Source of the DNA: a virus
Virus record (IMG/VR): IMGVR_UViG_3300047470_000395
Span: 1-64,000 of that record
Direction: 5' to 3' (one strand)
Length of the DNA: 64,000 nt
A program made the translations under genes and the position numbers. The stretch's first letter is position 1; the number at the start of each line of letters is the position of its first letter. Below, in pieces: positions 27,532-38,800 of the stretch. Below the pieces are notes generated by a model. It was not told the origin of the DNA, did no database searches, and saw nothing but the letters and a program-made list of their open reading frames with translations.

Positions 27532-28064
27532 CCGCGCACCTCCGGGAGCAGAGCATCGGCGTCACCTGCACCGGTGAGCCCGCGCGCACCAGCCCCTTCA
27601 TGGAGGACATCGTCCTTCACGGGACAGGGCCCTTCGACCTGGTCGCGGAGCTCGACTTGTTCGCCCAGCACTTCACCGTGCCGCTGCGCGCCGCCCGGCA
27701 CCACCAGGTCCTCGTCACCGACAAGACCCCCGCGAACGTCCTGGCCCTGGCCGGTCTGGTCCTCGACCCCACCGAGCCGGGCACCGCTTCCGTCCTCGCC
27801 GCGGCGGAGGCGATGTGTCGGGCCTGGATGCCCATTGCGTACGACGCGATCGTGTACTGCCGGGACCGCTACGACCAGAAGGCCGGCGGCGACCGCATGA
27901 GGGAGAAGGTCCTCAGCATCCAAGACGAGTCCGACACCGCCATCTACGACGCGTGCCGCGCCACGGGCGTGCCGATGCTCGAGATGCCCACGGGCCTGAC
28001 CGTCTCTGAGCGTGTCCAGTGGACGATGGAGCGCGTTGGGGACATGGGGCTGATCGCCGTCTGA
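27453..28064 (+). CDS. P-loop nucleoside/nucleotide monophosphate kinase (thymidylate kinase/dNK-like)
   Basis: IAVEGTQAAGKTT, EPAR, VTDK; GGAGG RBS before GTG 27453. Confidence 0.75.
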   Translation: MPIRECRVIAVEGTQAAGKTTFVHALTAHLREQSIGVTCTGEPARTSPFMEDIVLHGTGPFDLVAELDLFAQHFTVPLRAARHHQVLVTDKTPANVLALAGLVLDPTEPGTASVLAAAEAMCRAWMPIAYDAIVYCRDRYDQKAGGDRMREKVLSIQDESDTAIYDACRATGVPMLEMPTGLTVSERVQWTMERVGDMGLIAV

Positions 28065-28119
28065 TCCCGGCTAGAGTCCCCTACCGGCAAGCGCCCAACC
28101 GGTCGGAGGACAACGCACC

Positions 28120-28563
28120 GTGCCCCAACTGCCCGTGAACGACGTAATGCTCATCCTCGAGCGCGACGGGGCCGTGTGCCTTGCCGAGCGGCAGGGCACC
28201 GGCTACGCCGACGGGAAGCTGAACCTGCCGTCCGGGAAGCTCGACCCGGGCGAGGACGTGTTCGACGCCGCGCTCCGTGAGCTCGAGGAGGAGACCGGCG
28301 TCAGGAGCACCCGGGACGCCCTGCGGATCGTGCACGTGATGCACTTCCGCAACCCCGAAGGGGAGCCCCGCGTGGGCTGGTTCTTCGTCGTCCGGCACTG
28401 GGAGGGGGAGCCGCGGAACATGGAGCCTCACAAGTGCGCGGGCTTGTTCTGGTACCCGGCTGACCAGCTTCCCGAGCACACCGTCGAGTACAACGCGCTG
28501 GGGATCGCCCACTACCTCAAGGGTGAACAGTTCTCCGTGCACGGGTGGGACAGGTCCTCGTAG
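28120..28563 (+). CDS. NUDIX hydrolase
   Basis: Nudix box GKLDPGEDVFDAALRELEEETG; EPHKC. Confidence 0.92.
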   Translation: MPQLPVNDVMLILERDGAVCLAERQGTGYADGKLNLPSGKLDPGEDVFDAALRELEEETGVRSTRDALRIVHVMHFRNPEGEPRVGWFFVVRHWEGEPRNMEPHKCAGLFWYPADQLPEHTVEYNALGIAHYLKGEQFSVHGWDRSS

Positions 28564-28655
28564 AGCCTGGGGTGTAACAGATCACGGCCGTTGACGTTCG
28601 GGCAGTGAAGGGGGTTGGCCTTTATGTCAACCCCGCAGTGACCCGGAGGAACGGT

Positions 28656-29258
28656 GTGACGACCGCGACAGCTCCCATCTCGCCCGAGGCCGGCCGCTCT
28701 CATCTGCAGGAGAGCTTGTTCTCCTGGCTCGAGCCCGAGCCAGCCCCGAAGCCGCGCATAGCCAAGCCCGCTCTCGAGCCCGCGCGCTCACCGGTGGCCG
28801 AGGCGTTGATGCTCGAGGATGCGGCCCCCGCCACCGCGCCGGTGGTCAGGGCCGAGACGAAGACGCTCGAGGAGTCCGACCCGGAAGGCCCCACGGTCGC
28901 CCCGGCCCCGGAGAAGAAAGACCTGTCCCACGTGTGGGTCGTGGCCGCCGAGATCGAGGTCACGCCGAAGATCGCGAGCGTCGCCGACTACCGCGGCAGC
29001 TTCAAGAGCACCGAGGGGCAGCGCGTCGACGCGCTCGAGGTGTATTGCAAGGGCTGCCGTCGCCCGTACGACGAGGTCAAGGGCCGGGACTGCGCCGAGA
29101 AGATCGACAACAAGCACCTGATCGGCGGGGACCAGAGCGTCCGTGCGAAGCGGAAGATCCCCGTGCCGCCCGCGAACGCGAAGATCATTCCCGGCGGCAC
29201 GATCAACCGGCGCGGCCTCGGCGCCTACGTCTCCGGAGTGTCCCGCCCCAAGCGCTGA
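28656..29258 (+). CDS. Hypothetical protein with CxxC motif
   Basis: GGAGG RBS; YCKGCRR...C...HLIGG; basic C-terminus. Confidence 0.6.
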   Translation: MTTATAPISPEAGRSHLQESLFSWLEPEPAPKPRIAKPALEPARSPVAEALMLEDAAPATAPVVRAETKTLEESDPEGPTVAPAPEKKDLSHVWVVAAEIEVTPKIASVADYRGSFKSTEGQRVDALEVYCKGCRRPYDEVKGRDCAEKIDNKHLIGGDQSVRAKRKIPVPPANAKIIPGGTINRRGLGAYVSGVSRPKR

Positions 29259-29302
29259 GCAGCACGCGACACTAATGCCGCCCGCTGTTCATGGTGCGCG
29301 GC

Positions 29303-29698
29303 GTGACTACTCAGCAACCTCAGCCGTCGAGCGATGAACCGATCGCCCATAACCCGGACATCATCGGGCCTGCGGTTCCCGACGCGAAGATCGGCCGGGA
29401 GGCCTTCGGGCTTCTCCTGCTCTCGTTCGGTGTGCTCGGCGGCCTCGGTGCGCTGGGTGCCCTGCACTGGGTCGCCGGTCTGTCAGCCGCGCTCATCGGC
29501 CTGTGTGGCAGTGGCGTCGTCGTCCGCCGCAACAGCAAGCAGCGATGGCAGCAAGACGCCGGCGCCATGGTCGCCTTCGCCGCCTACGCGGGGCAGACCG
29601 CCCTCCTGTTCTACCTGCTGCAGCCGCTCGGATGGCTGGCCGTCAGCTCCCTCGGCATAGCCGCTGGCCTGTGGCTGTCCAGCGATGAGGGGGCCTGA
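29303..29698 (+). CDS. Membrane protein preceding portal
   Basis: About 4 TM segments; leaderless GTG after the motif at 29265-29295. Confidence 0.65.
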   Translation: MTTQQPQPSSDEPIAHNPDIIGPAVPDAKIGREAFGLLLLSFGVLGGLGALGALHWVAGLSAALIGLCGSGVVVRRNSKQRWQQDAGAMVAFAAYAGQTALLFYLLQPLGWLAVSSLGIAAGLWLSSDEGA

Positions 29699-32181
29699 TG
29701 CCCCGCCAACTCTTCCCAGGGCTCCGCGGCCTCCTTGTTCCTCGAGGCGCCGTGGAGCCAGCAGCCGCGACCGCGCCCGTCGAGACGAAGGACCTGCTCG
29801 CAGGGGGCGTCTACTCGTCGATGTCGTACGCCGGCGTCACGAACGTGTGGGGTACCCCGGGCCGCGCGGACGGCTGGGACCTCGAGCGCGTCATCGTCGA
29901 GGGCTACGAGCGCTCCATCTGGACCTTCAAGTCCGTGGAGGCGATCAGCAAGCACGCCTCGACCCTGCCCATCCAGATTGGCCGCGGCGGCGACGAGCGG
30001 CAGTTCGCCGAGGTCCTCAAGGACCACCCGCTGTACAAGCTGCTCAACCGGAAGGCCAACCCGCTCGAGACCGGCGATGTCTTCAAGAAGCGGCTGAGCG
30101 CCCAGTTGCTGCTGAGTAAGAAGGGCGTGTTCGTAGAGAAGACGAAGAACCGGCGCGGGGTGCTGACCCGGCTCGACCTGCTGCCACCGGACCGCGTCCG
30201 CATCATCCCGGACACCGAGAACTCCGCCTATGTGAGCCATTTCGAGCTCACGGAGTACAACGGCCGCATCCGTGAACTGCCGCCGGAAAAGGTCATCTGG
30301 ATCAGAGACCCGCACCCCACGGACCCGTTCTGCGGCGTGACCCCGCTCGAGGCCGCTGGGCTGTCGGTCGACCTGGACGTCAAGGCCCGCACCTACAACA
30401 TCTCCTTTATCAACAATGACGGCCGCCCTGGCGGCATCGTCGGTATCGACCTGGACGGCGTCGACTCGTCAGAGGTCAAGCGGATCCAGAAGCGGCTCGA
30501 GCCGGGCGCGCACAACGCCGGACAGCTCACCCTCGTGGGCACCGGACCCGGCGGTGTCACGTACGTCGACACCTCGGCCCGCCCGCGGGAGATGGCATAC
30601 GAGACGCTCGCCAGCACCTCGAAAAACGAGATCCTCTCCGCATTCGGCGTACCCGAGAGTGTGATCGGCAACGCCAGCGAGCGGACGTTCGCGAACGCCG
30701 ACCGGGAGGAGTACACGTTCTGGGCTCACACCGAGCTCCCCCACCTCAACCTGCTTGCGTCGGCGTTCGACCCGGACCTGTCGGACGAGTGGGTGATCCG
30801 GTTCGACACCTCCCGCATTCAGGCGCTCGAGTTTCCCCGCCGTCAGGCCCGCGAGGAAGCGCGCAAGGAGTGGGAGTCGGGTCTCATCACCATCGACGAG
30901 TACCGGGTGGCGGCCGGGCGTACGCCCTTCAACACCCCGCAGTCCCGTGCGCTGTGGATCAGCCCACAGAAGGCACCCGTCCCCGCCAACGCCCAGGACG
31001 CGGCCGCACTCGGCCTCTCCGACCCGGGCGGCGCACCGGGCGCAGGCGGCGCCCCCGGAGCAGGCCCGGACGCTGGGCCGCCCGCGGCCGGCGGGAACCA
31101 GTCCGCCGCCGCGGCGGTCGCCGAGGCCCGCACCGACGAACCCGGTCCGAAAGCAGCCGACGACGTAGCCGCGGCCCGCGGGCAGGCACCCCTCGAGCCG
31201 TCCGCCGGAGCAGACTCGCCCGCGGCCGGCGCCGTGGCGGATGCCCGCGCCGACGTCACCGACGACACCCCCGGGGAAGCAGCCGACAACGTTGCGGCCG
31301 CCCGCGCCAGCACGGTGCAGCCCGAGGCCGGGCCCGCCGCCGAGGAAGTCGAGCGAGCACGCGCCCAGCTCGAGACCAAGGCGCTCTCCGGCGACGACAA
31401 CGGGTTCGAGGTCACCGACGCCGACTTCGACGCCCTCGCCGCAGCCATCGAGGCGGCCCTCACTGCGCTTCTGGCGCGCCAGGAGGGCGTCATCGTCGCC
31501 CGGCTCCACGCTCCGAAGATCCGCAAGCACACCAGGTTCTGGACGCCGGAGAACGACAACGACACCCGCGGCGGTGACGCCAACCTCGACGAGGACCGCG
31601 TCGTCAGCGCGGCCCGCTGGGCGGAGGAGACCACCAACACCCTCACCCCGATCCTGCAGCAGGCCGCGGCCGCCACCGCTCGCAAGCTGAGCAAGGCAGT
31701 CACCGGCACCGAGACGGTGCCCCCGGCCGCAGTCGCGCCCGCCCTCGTCACCGCGGCGCACGCCGGGGAAGCGATGACCGCGTTCCTCATCGAACTCGCC
31801 GCCGTGCTGCACCAGGCCCAGGCCGACCCGAACCTCGACCTCGACACGCTGAAGCACGTGGTCGGCGGCTTCTACAACTCGGCCGGCCCCGATCTCGCCG
31901 CCCGGGTCGCGGAGACCTGCGCCGTCTCGACCGTCAACGGGGCCGCGGACGCCGCAGCAGAGAACGCCGGGCCCGGAGTCGTCCGGACATGGCTCACCCG
32001 CCAGGACGACCGCGTACGGCCCGCGCACCGCGCCCTACAGGGCAAGACGCTGCCCGTCGGCACGCCGTACGAGATCGACGGCGCCCAGCTCCGTTACCCC
32101 GGCGACCCGTTCGCCCCGCTCGCCCTGACGATCAACTGCCGTTGCCGTCTCCACTACGCCACAGACGAGGACGTGAACTGA
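29698..32181 (+). CDS. Phage portal protein fused to a MuF-like (head morphogenesis) domain
   Basis: HK97-type portal N-terminal half (HPLYKLLN, GVTPLEAA, ILSAFGVP); C-terminal WLTRQDDRVRPAH...LRYPGDP...INCRC. Confidence 0.85.
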   Translation: MPRQLFPGLRGLLVPRGAVEPAAATAPVETKDLLAGGVYSSMSYAGVTNVWGTPGRADGWDLERVIVEGYERSIWTFKSVEAISKHASTLPIQIGRGGDERQFAEVLKDHPLYKLLNRKANPLETGDVFKKRLSAQLLLSKKGVFVEKTKNRRGVLTRLDLLPPDRVRIIPDTENSAYVSHFELTEYNGRIRELPPEKVIWIRDPHPTDPFCGVTPLEAAGLSVDLDVKARTYNISFINNDGRPGGIVGIDLDGVDSSEVKRIQKRLEPGAHNAGQLTLVGTGPGGVTYVDTSARPREMAYETLASTSKNEILSAFGVPESVIGNASERTFANADREEYTFWAHTELPHLNLLASAFDPDLSDEWVIRFDTSRIQALEFPRRQAREEARKEWESGLITIDEYRVAAGRTPFNTPQSRALWISPQKAPVPANAQDAAALGLSDPGGAPGAGGAPGAGPDAGPPAAGGNQSAAAAVAEARTDEPGPKAADDVAAARGQAPLEPSAGADSPAAGAVADARADVTDDTPGEAADNVAAARASTVQPEAGPAAEEVERARAQLETKALSGDDNGFEVTDADFDALAAAIEAALTALLARQEGVIVARLHAPKIRKHTRFWTPENDNDTRGGDANLDEDRVVSAARWAEETTNTLTPILQQAAAATARKLSKAVTGTETVPPAAVAPALVTAAHAGEAMTAFLIELAAVLHQAQADPNLDLDTLKHVVGGFYNSAGPDLAARVAETCAVSTVNGAADAAAENAGPGVVRTWLTRQDDRVRPAHRALQGKTLPVGTPYEIDGAQLRYPGDPFAPLALTINCRCRLHYATDEDVN

Positions 32182-32182
32182 C

Positions 32183-32536
32183 CTGAACACCTACCCCGCC
32201 GCCCTGCTGCGCGTGATCGACGGCGACACCCTCGACGTCGATCTCGACCTCGGCTTCACGATCCGTTCCCGGCAGCGCCTGCGCCTGCTGGGCCTCAACG
32301 CGCCGGAGAAGAACACCCCGGAGGGCAAGACCGCCAAGGCGTGGGTGAGTGACTGGCTCACCGAGCATGGCCCCGACCTGGTGGTCGAGACCCACGCCCG
32401 GGAGAAGTACGGCCGCTGGCTGGCCACGGTCACCGGCCAGGACGGCGCCTGCCTGAACACCGCACTCCTCGAAGCCGGCCAGGCCGCCCCCTACGACGGC
32501 CACGGCCCCCGACCCCTCCCCGAACCCAAGGAGTAA
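32183..32536 (+). CDS. Thermonuclease (SNase-like)
   Basis: VIDGDT, RLLGLNAPE, EKYGRWLA, LNTALLEAG; start at CTG 32183 or GTG 32213. Confidence 0.85.
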   Translation: MNTYPAALLRVIDGDTLDVDLDLGFTIRSRQRLRLLGLNAPEKNTPEGKTAKAWVSDWLTEHGPDLVVETHAREKYGRWLATVTGQDGACLNTALLEAGQAAPYDGHGPRPLPEPKE

Positions 32537-32541
32537 CCGCC

Positions 32542-32754
32542 ATGTGGGCAGCTATCTGGATCGCCTGGACCACCGTCTTTGCCATCGCCGAAGCCATCGC
32601 CCTCGCCAACAAGAAGGACGAGGACACCCTCTCGGAGAACGTCCGCCGCCTGTTCCGCACGAGAACCAGCAAGGCGGGCCGGGCCATATTCGCGGCCGCC
32701 TGGTTCGGATTCAGCGGCTGGTTCGCGCTGCACATCCTGACGGAGACGATGTAA
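32542..32754 (+). CDS. Small membrane protein
   Basis: Two TM segments, DTLSE motif, AGGAG RBS. Confidence 0.6.
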   Translation: MWAAIWIAWTTVFAIAEAIALANKKDEDTLSENVRRLFRTRTSKAGRAIFAAAWFGFSGWFALHILTETM

Positions 32755-32772
32755 CCGGGGGGCGAGAGGCCA

Positions 32773-32801
32773 CTTGCCCAATTGGGCAAGAACGATCTTG
32801 G
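32773..32801 (+). repeat. Palindromic element copy 1 (CTTGCCCAATTGGGCAAG-AACGATCTTGG)
   Basis: Identical to the copies at 44622, 51763 and 51826. Confidence 0.95.
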
Positions 32802-32861
32802 AGTACGGCGCGGCCATTCACCACGCGACGCTAACCACGCGTGATGTGCATGGTCCGCGCC

Positions 32862-35800
32862 ATGCTGAATCGCCCCGCTGCTGCGCACGCTGAGTTGCAG
32901 GACCTGAGTGACGGTCTCGAGGTCAAGGCCGCCCGCCGTTGGAACCCGTCCCTGCATCCTCGCGACAGCAAGGGCCGGTTTATCGAGACGGGCGGCATCG
33001 TCCGCCTGTGGGGAGGCGATCTCGCGCGCGTCATGCGCGCCCTGCCGAACGATCGCATCCTCGTGCAGGACCAGACCGGCCCGGACGAATTCAACGGCCG
33101 CAGGCACACCACCAGCGCCAAGTGGGTGTCCATGGTGGCCCGCCCCGATGGCTCCGCGCCCACCGACAACGAGCACAAGGTCGAGGCGGAGGACGAGAAG
33201 CGGGACAAGGACGCGCGGCGCGGCAACGGCGTCGTCCATGACGACATCGGCGACCCCGACACCCCCAACGACGCCCACGCCGTCGACGACCGCGGCCGCG
33301 CGATCGGCGAGGACGACCACCCGGTCGGGCCTCGCGAGAACGACGACCAGGACGAGCCGGAGCACGGCAGGCACCCGGTCAACGTCCGCGCCCTGCCCAA
33401 CCAGAGCACCGCGGGCGGTAGCCGCTTCCAGGACACGGCGGCAGTCCGTCAGCACTTCCTCGACCTGGCCGACCGGCCCGACACCCGGCCGGAGATGGCG
33501 CAGTTCCTGCGTTCCGTCGCCACTGACGAGGACCTGCGCGTCTCGGGCGACCTGGCCGTCCTCCGCGACGACTCCACCGGCCGCTGGTACCTGACGGCGA
33601 CCGGCACCGGTCAGCGCATGGACCTCGCCGGGGACTTCGCCACCCCCGAGGAGGCCAGCGAGTTCGCGCGCCATCTCAGGCGCACCGCTCCGACCAAGGG
33701 CACTGCGATCCGCTCCCTTGCCCGGGGGTTCGACTTCTCCAACCCCGACCTTGACGCCGAGGCGCGCACCTGGCGCTCGGACAGGGACGAGAACATCGCG
33801 GCCGCCATCAAGCGGGCCCGCGGGGAATTCGACGCTTCCCGCTCCGCCCCCGCCTCCGATGCCGCCCGCGCCCCGCACGCCGACGCCGGCACCCCGGAGA
33901 CGGTCAGCCGCGAGGAGCTCAAGCCCGGCGACCGCGTCAAGGTCACCGTGAGCCGCAGCGACATCGAGTGGCCGACGAGCACCCGCGACCAGGACAAGCC
34001 GGAGACGGTCACCGTCGAGGGCACCATCGCGCCCACCCACTCGGCCGGCCCGGGTGTAAGCGGCGCAACGCTCGTCGACGTCACGCTGACCAGCCCGGAC
34101 GGCACGGTCATGACGTCCGGCGACACCGCACGCATCCGGCGCATGCCCACCCAGGTCGCACGCTCCGGGCACACCGACGGCTTCACCCCGGAGGAACGGC
34201 GTGCCGACCGCGTCCGTGTCGGCGACGTCATCGCCCGCGGGGAGTTCGGGCACGTCGTCACGCGCATTGACCGCGGTCAGGGCGGCCGCGCTTTCACCAC
34301 GCGCAACCTCGGCGGCCGTGGCGAGGTCGACCAGTTCGGCGCCCGCCACGGCGACATGCTGTCCGTCGTCCCGAAGGCCCGCCGCCGGCCGGAGGATGTG
34401 CAGCGCGACACCCCGGGCCACACACAGCAGCACCCCAACAGCAGGGATGCCAAGGGCGCGGCCGCGGCGATCCTCAGCGACTGGGCGAAGGTCAACGAGC
34501 TCGCCGCGCAGCAGTGGCCGGACGGGGCACCGGAGGAGTTCCGCACCCTGGCCCAGCACATGCAGAACGTCACGGACGCCCCGAAGGGCGCCGACGGCTA
34601 CCAGCAGAACGCCGACGCGATGCGCGGCGCCCTGGACGCGCTCCACGGCCTCGACAGCGAGGGCGTCAGCCAGGACATGGTGAAGGCGCTGCACCGGCTC
34701 GAGGAGGGCCTGGACGCCAACGCCGACCGGTTCGAGGCCGACTCCCGGGCGATCACGGAGAACAAGCGGAAGCGCGAGGCGGTCAACGCCCCGAACCCGG
34801 ACGCTCCAGCCGCCCCGAACGCCCCGCAGAGCAACGCCCCCACGAACGACCATCCGACGGGTGAACCGCTACAGCACAACTGGGACCCCGAGAACCTGGT
34901 CACCCTGACCATGCCGGAGGCGCTCGCGAACTTCCTGAACGTCGACGAGACCGCGGCCATGGAGGACCCCGACACCCGGAAGGCCCTCACAGAAGCCGTC
35001 CACGGCCGCAACGGCATCCTCAAGGTGACCGCACCGATCGAGACGCACCGCGCCCTGCTCGAGTGGGCGTGGACGCTCGCAGGCGGCGAAGGACTGGACT
35101 CCGACCCGAAGGAAGTCCGGGCCCACCGCAACTACACCAAGCGCGTCGACGAGGCCGCGGCAAAGCTGGAGCGCGAGCGGCAGCACCGCGGCGCCCCGGA
35201 CGCGAACGGGAACGCACCCGACGCCGGCACCGATGACGGTAAGACGGACGCGCCGTCGGCCAACACCCCCGGCGCCGACACCAGCGAGCCGCAGAACACC
35301 CCGGACACGGTCACCATGACGCCCGACGAGGTGTCCAACCACCTCGACGCGGTGCGCCCCGAAGGCTCCAAGGCGCCGTCACGCATGGACGACGGCGAGA
35401 TCCGCGACGAGATCGTCTCCCTGATGGAGCGGGAGATGGCCAACGGCGGGGAGCTGTCGGGAGTCGACCGCACCCGCCTCCAGGTCCTCGAGGCGGAAGA
35501 GGCCCGCCGCGCCGGCCGCGCGCCGAAGCGCGAGGACAAGCCGAAGCCGAAGCCCGCGGAGGAGCCCGGCGGCCTGTTCGACGTCGCCCCGGACGAGCAG
35601 CAGCAGTTCGTTGCCGACCCGAACAACCCCGACGACCTGGCGGACGACCCGCTGGGCACGCCGGACATGTTCGCCAACCACGAAGGCCGCGACACGTCCC
35701 GGCTGCGCCCCCCGCAGTCCCGCAAGCCTGCCGACTTCAAGCCCGGCGACCGGTTCGTCGACACCGACGGGCGCACCCACACCGTGAAGGAGGAGCCGAT

Positions 35801-38800
35801 ACGGACCCCGCGCGGCCGTATCCGCGTCGTCGATGAGGACGGCGGAGAGCACTTCCTCGCACCGGACAAGGAGCTGCGCGTCCTGCACGAGGGCGAGGAC
35901 GCCCCCGCGGTGCCGGAGACCAACGCCCCCGACGCGAACGCGCCGGAGAGCGGTGCTCCGTCCGCGGACACCCCGGAAACCGGCACACCGGGCGCCGACG
36001 CTGCAGACACCCCCAACAACGCGCCCGAGGGCGGCACCCCCGACACCCCGGACGACTCCGTCGCCCCGCCCGCCCCGGTCGGGGATGCGTCCCCGACGAG
36101 CATGAGCAACGAGGACATCGACGCCGAGCTCGAGGCGCTGCAGGCGTGGCAGAACCGGCACGTCGCAAGCAGCGGGGAAGGCCCGCGCGTTCAGGGCAGT
36201 CCCATGGTCGCTCTCTCTCCTGTCGGCAACCGGCGGGGCGCCCTGCGCGAGGAGCAGCGCAAGCGTGAGGTGGCCCGCCAGGACAAGGAGCGGAAGGAGA
36301 AGGAGAAGCAGGACCGGGCCGCAGCGCTCGCCCGTTCCGAGATCGGCAACCGCGCCGCTGACGGCTCGTACCCGGTGACCGTCGACGGCGAGAACGCCGG
36401 CAGCGTCAGCCAGACCGCCCGCAAGTGGCAGTACACCGACGCCGAAGGCCGCAGGTCTCCCGACTTCTACCCGAGCCGCGCCCAGGCCGTGGCCGCGCTG
36501 GTCAGCAACCGCGACGTCCGCCGGAACAACGACGCGCAGCACGCTCGCCAGGATCAGGCGCGTACGCAGACGCCGAACGGGTGGGCTCTCGGCGACCGCG
36601 CCGACGTGGCCGAGAACGACATCATCCGTATCCCCCGGATGGGCCGTGACCGTGACGGCAGGCCGTACCCCGAGGGCTGGGGCCAGCCGGTCCGCGTCAA
36701 CCGTGTGGAGCGCCGGGACGACGGCACGACGATCGTCTCCTACAGCAACCCGGACGGCTCGTATGCGGGAGGCAGCCCGCTGTTCCTGCGGGGTCCCGAC
36801 GACTCGTTCGCGTGGGCCAACGACCGCACCCGCCCGGAGCCGACCCCCGCGTGGCGGCACGAGCTCCGTCCCCGGATGGCCGACATCGGCGACGACGTCG
36901 CCACCCTGCTGAACCACGCCGACGGCCTCGACGACCAGGACCAGGAGCGGATGCGGCGCCTGGGCGAGCTGATCCGCCGCGTAGAGGACGGCGACACCGA
37001 GGATCTGCAGGCGGACCTCCGCAAGATCCGCGACGAGGCCGCGTGGCTCGAGGAGCAGTTCAGCCGCGAGGACCTGCCGTTCGAGACGCGCAGGTACAAG
37101 TCGTGGGCCACGGCCGCGCACGGGAAGGCACAGCGGTCCCTCGACCACCCTGACTTCCAGCACGGCAGCACGGCCGACGGCCCGGACAACGCCCCCGGCA
37201 ACGCCCCGGACGCGGACGCGCCGAGCGCCGATGGCGTGCCCGACTGGGCCAACGACCTCGGTGACGGTGTCTGGCTCGACGAGCCGAGGAGCACCGGCGG
37301 GCCCCGGAACATCTACGTCGACGGCCAGATTGAGGGACTCCTCGGTCGGGACCGGCCGAAGGGCAGGTACTACTGGTGGCGGCCGGGGGGCCAGACCAGC
37401 CAAGAACGCTTCGACACCCCCGAAGAGGCCGCCCGCGCCTTCGCCCGCGAGATGCGGGAGAACAACCTGCCGAGCCTGAGCACGCCCAACGACGGCGGCA
37501 ACGGCCACGACGACCGCGCCAGCCGTGCCCGGGACCTGTTCGGCGAGGGCATGAACGCCGTGGGCGGCGACTCCCTCCCGGAGATGCAGGAGCTGAACGA
37601 CCGCCTCGGCCGCGCTGATTCCTCGGACGACCGGGATGCGGAGCTGCGCGACGTCGCCGACCGCATGGACGAGCTCGCCGACCAGTACGGGCTCGCAGGC
37701 CCGCAGGGTGAGCTTGCCGCGGACCAGTTCCGTCGCGCCGCGCGCGCCGCCCGCGGTGAGCACGACGACCACAACGGCGACAACGGCGACGGCCAGCCCG
37801 ACGCCACGCCCATCACCGACGGCGAGTCCAACAACGGCCAGGACGACCAGCAGCGCAGCGACGACCAGGGCGACGGACAGCAGGACGACAACCAGCCCAG
37901 CAACCAAGACGACAACCAGGGCGACAACCAGGGCGACGACGAGGAGAGCCGTCGGCGCGACAACCCCAACCCCGACGGTGACGCGGCCGGCCCCGACGGC
38001 GCCCCCGACGGTGGCGGCCCGGGTGCGCCCGACGACACCAACGACTCGAGCGACTCCAACAACGACCAGAGCAACGGTCCCGACAACTCGGACGACTCGA
38101 CGGACGAGCCCAACCCAGACGAGGAGAACCAGGACTCCGAAGAGGAGAAGCGCCGCAAGCGTCGCCGCCGCAATCGTAACGGCGGAGGCGGTACCGGTGG
38201 CCCCGGCGGGGGCGGACCGGGCGGGCTTGGCCTGCCGCACCTGAGCCTGCCGAACCTCAACGTCCCCGCCGGAACGGGCGGCAACGGTGGCAACGGCAGC
38301 CACGGCGACGGCCACCACCCGCGTACGCCTCACAACCCCCGCCCGCACGACGTGGACTCCCTGCGGAACGCCTGGCGATCCGGTCAGGGACTCACCGCGG
38401 GCGAGGACACCCCCGAGCGGCGCGCCCACCTCGCCGATCTGGCGGACCGCGAGGGCCTCACCCTGTCCCCCCAGGGCGGACTCGCCCTGTATCCCGAGCA
38501 GCAGGACGACGGCACCACCGTGTGGCGCTTCGCCCAGGCCCGCAACGGCTCAAACCTGCCCGGCATCACCCTGACCACCGACGACCCCGAGGAAGCGCGC
38601 GCGCTCGCGGGCAGGTTCGAGGAGATCACCGACGCTAACGGCGACCCCTTCGACTGGCACCAGCCGCAGGGACCGGCCAGCGTCGCCGCGTGGCGTGACG
38701 GGGAAGGCCGCACCCTGCCCCAGGCCATCCGCGCGGTGCAGGACGACTACCAGCAGGAGCGCGCCGGAGCGTTCAACCTGCCCGAGGACCTCACGGGCAT

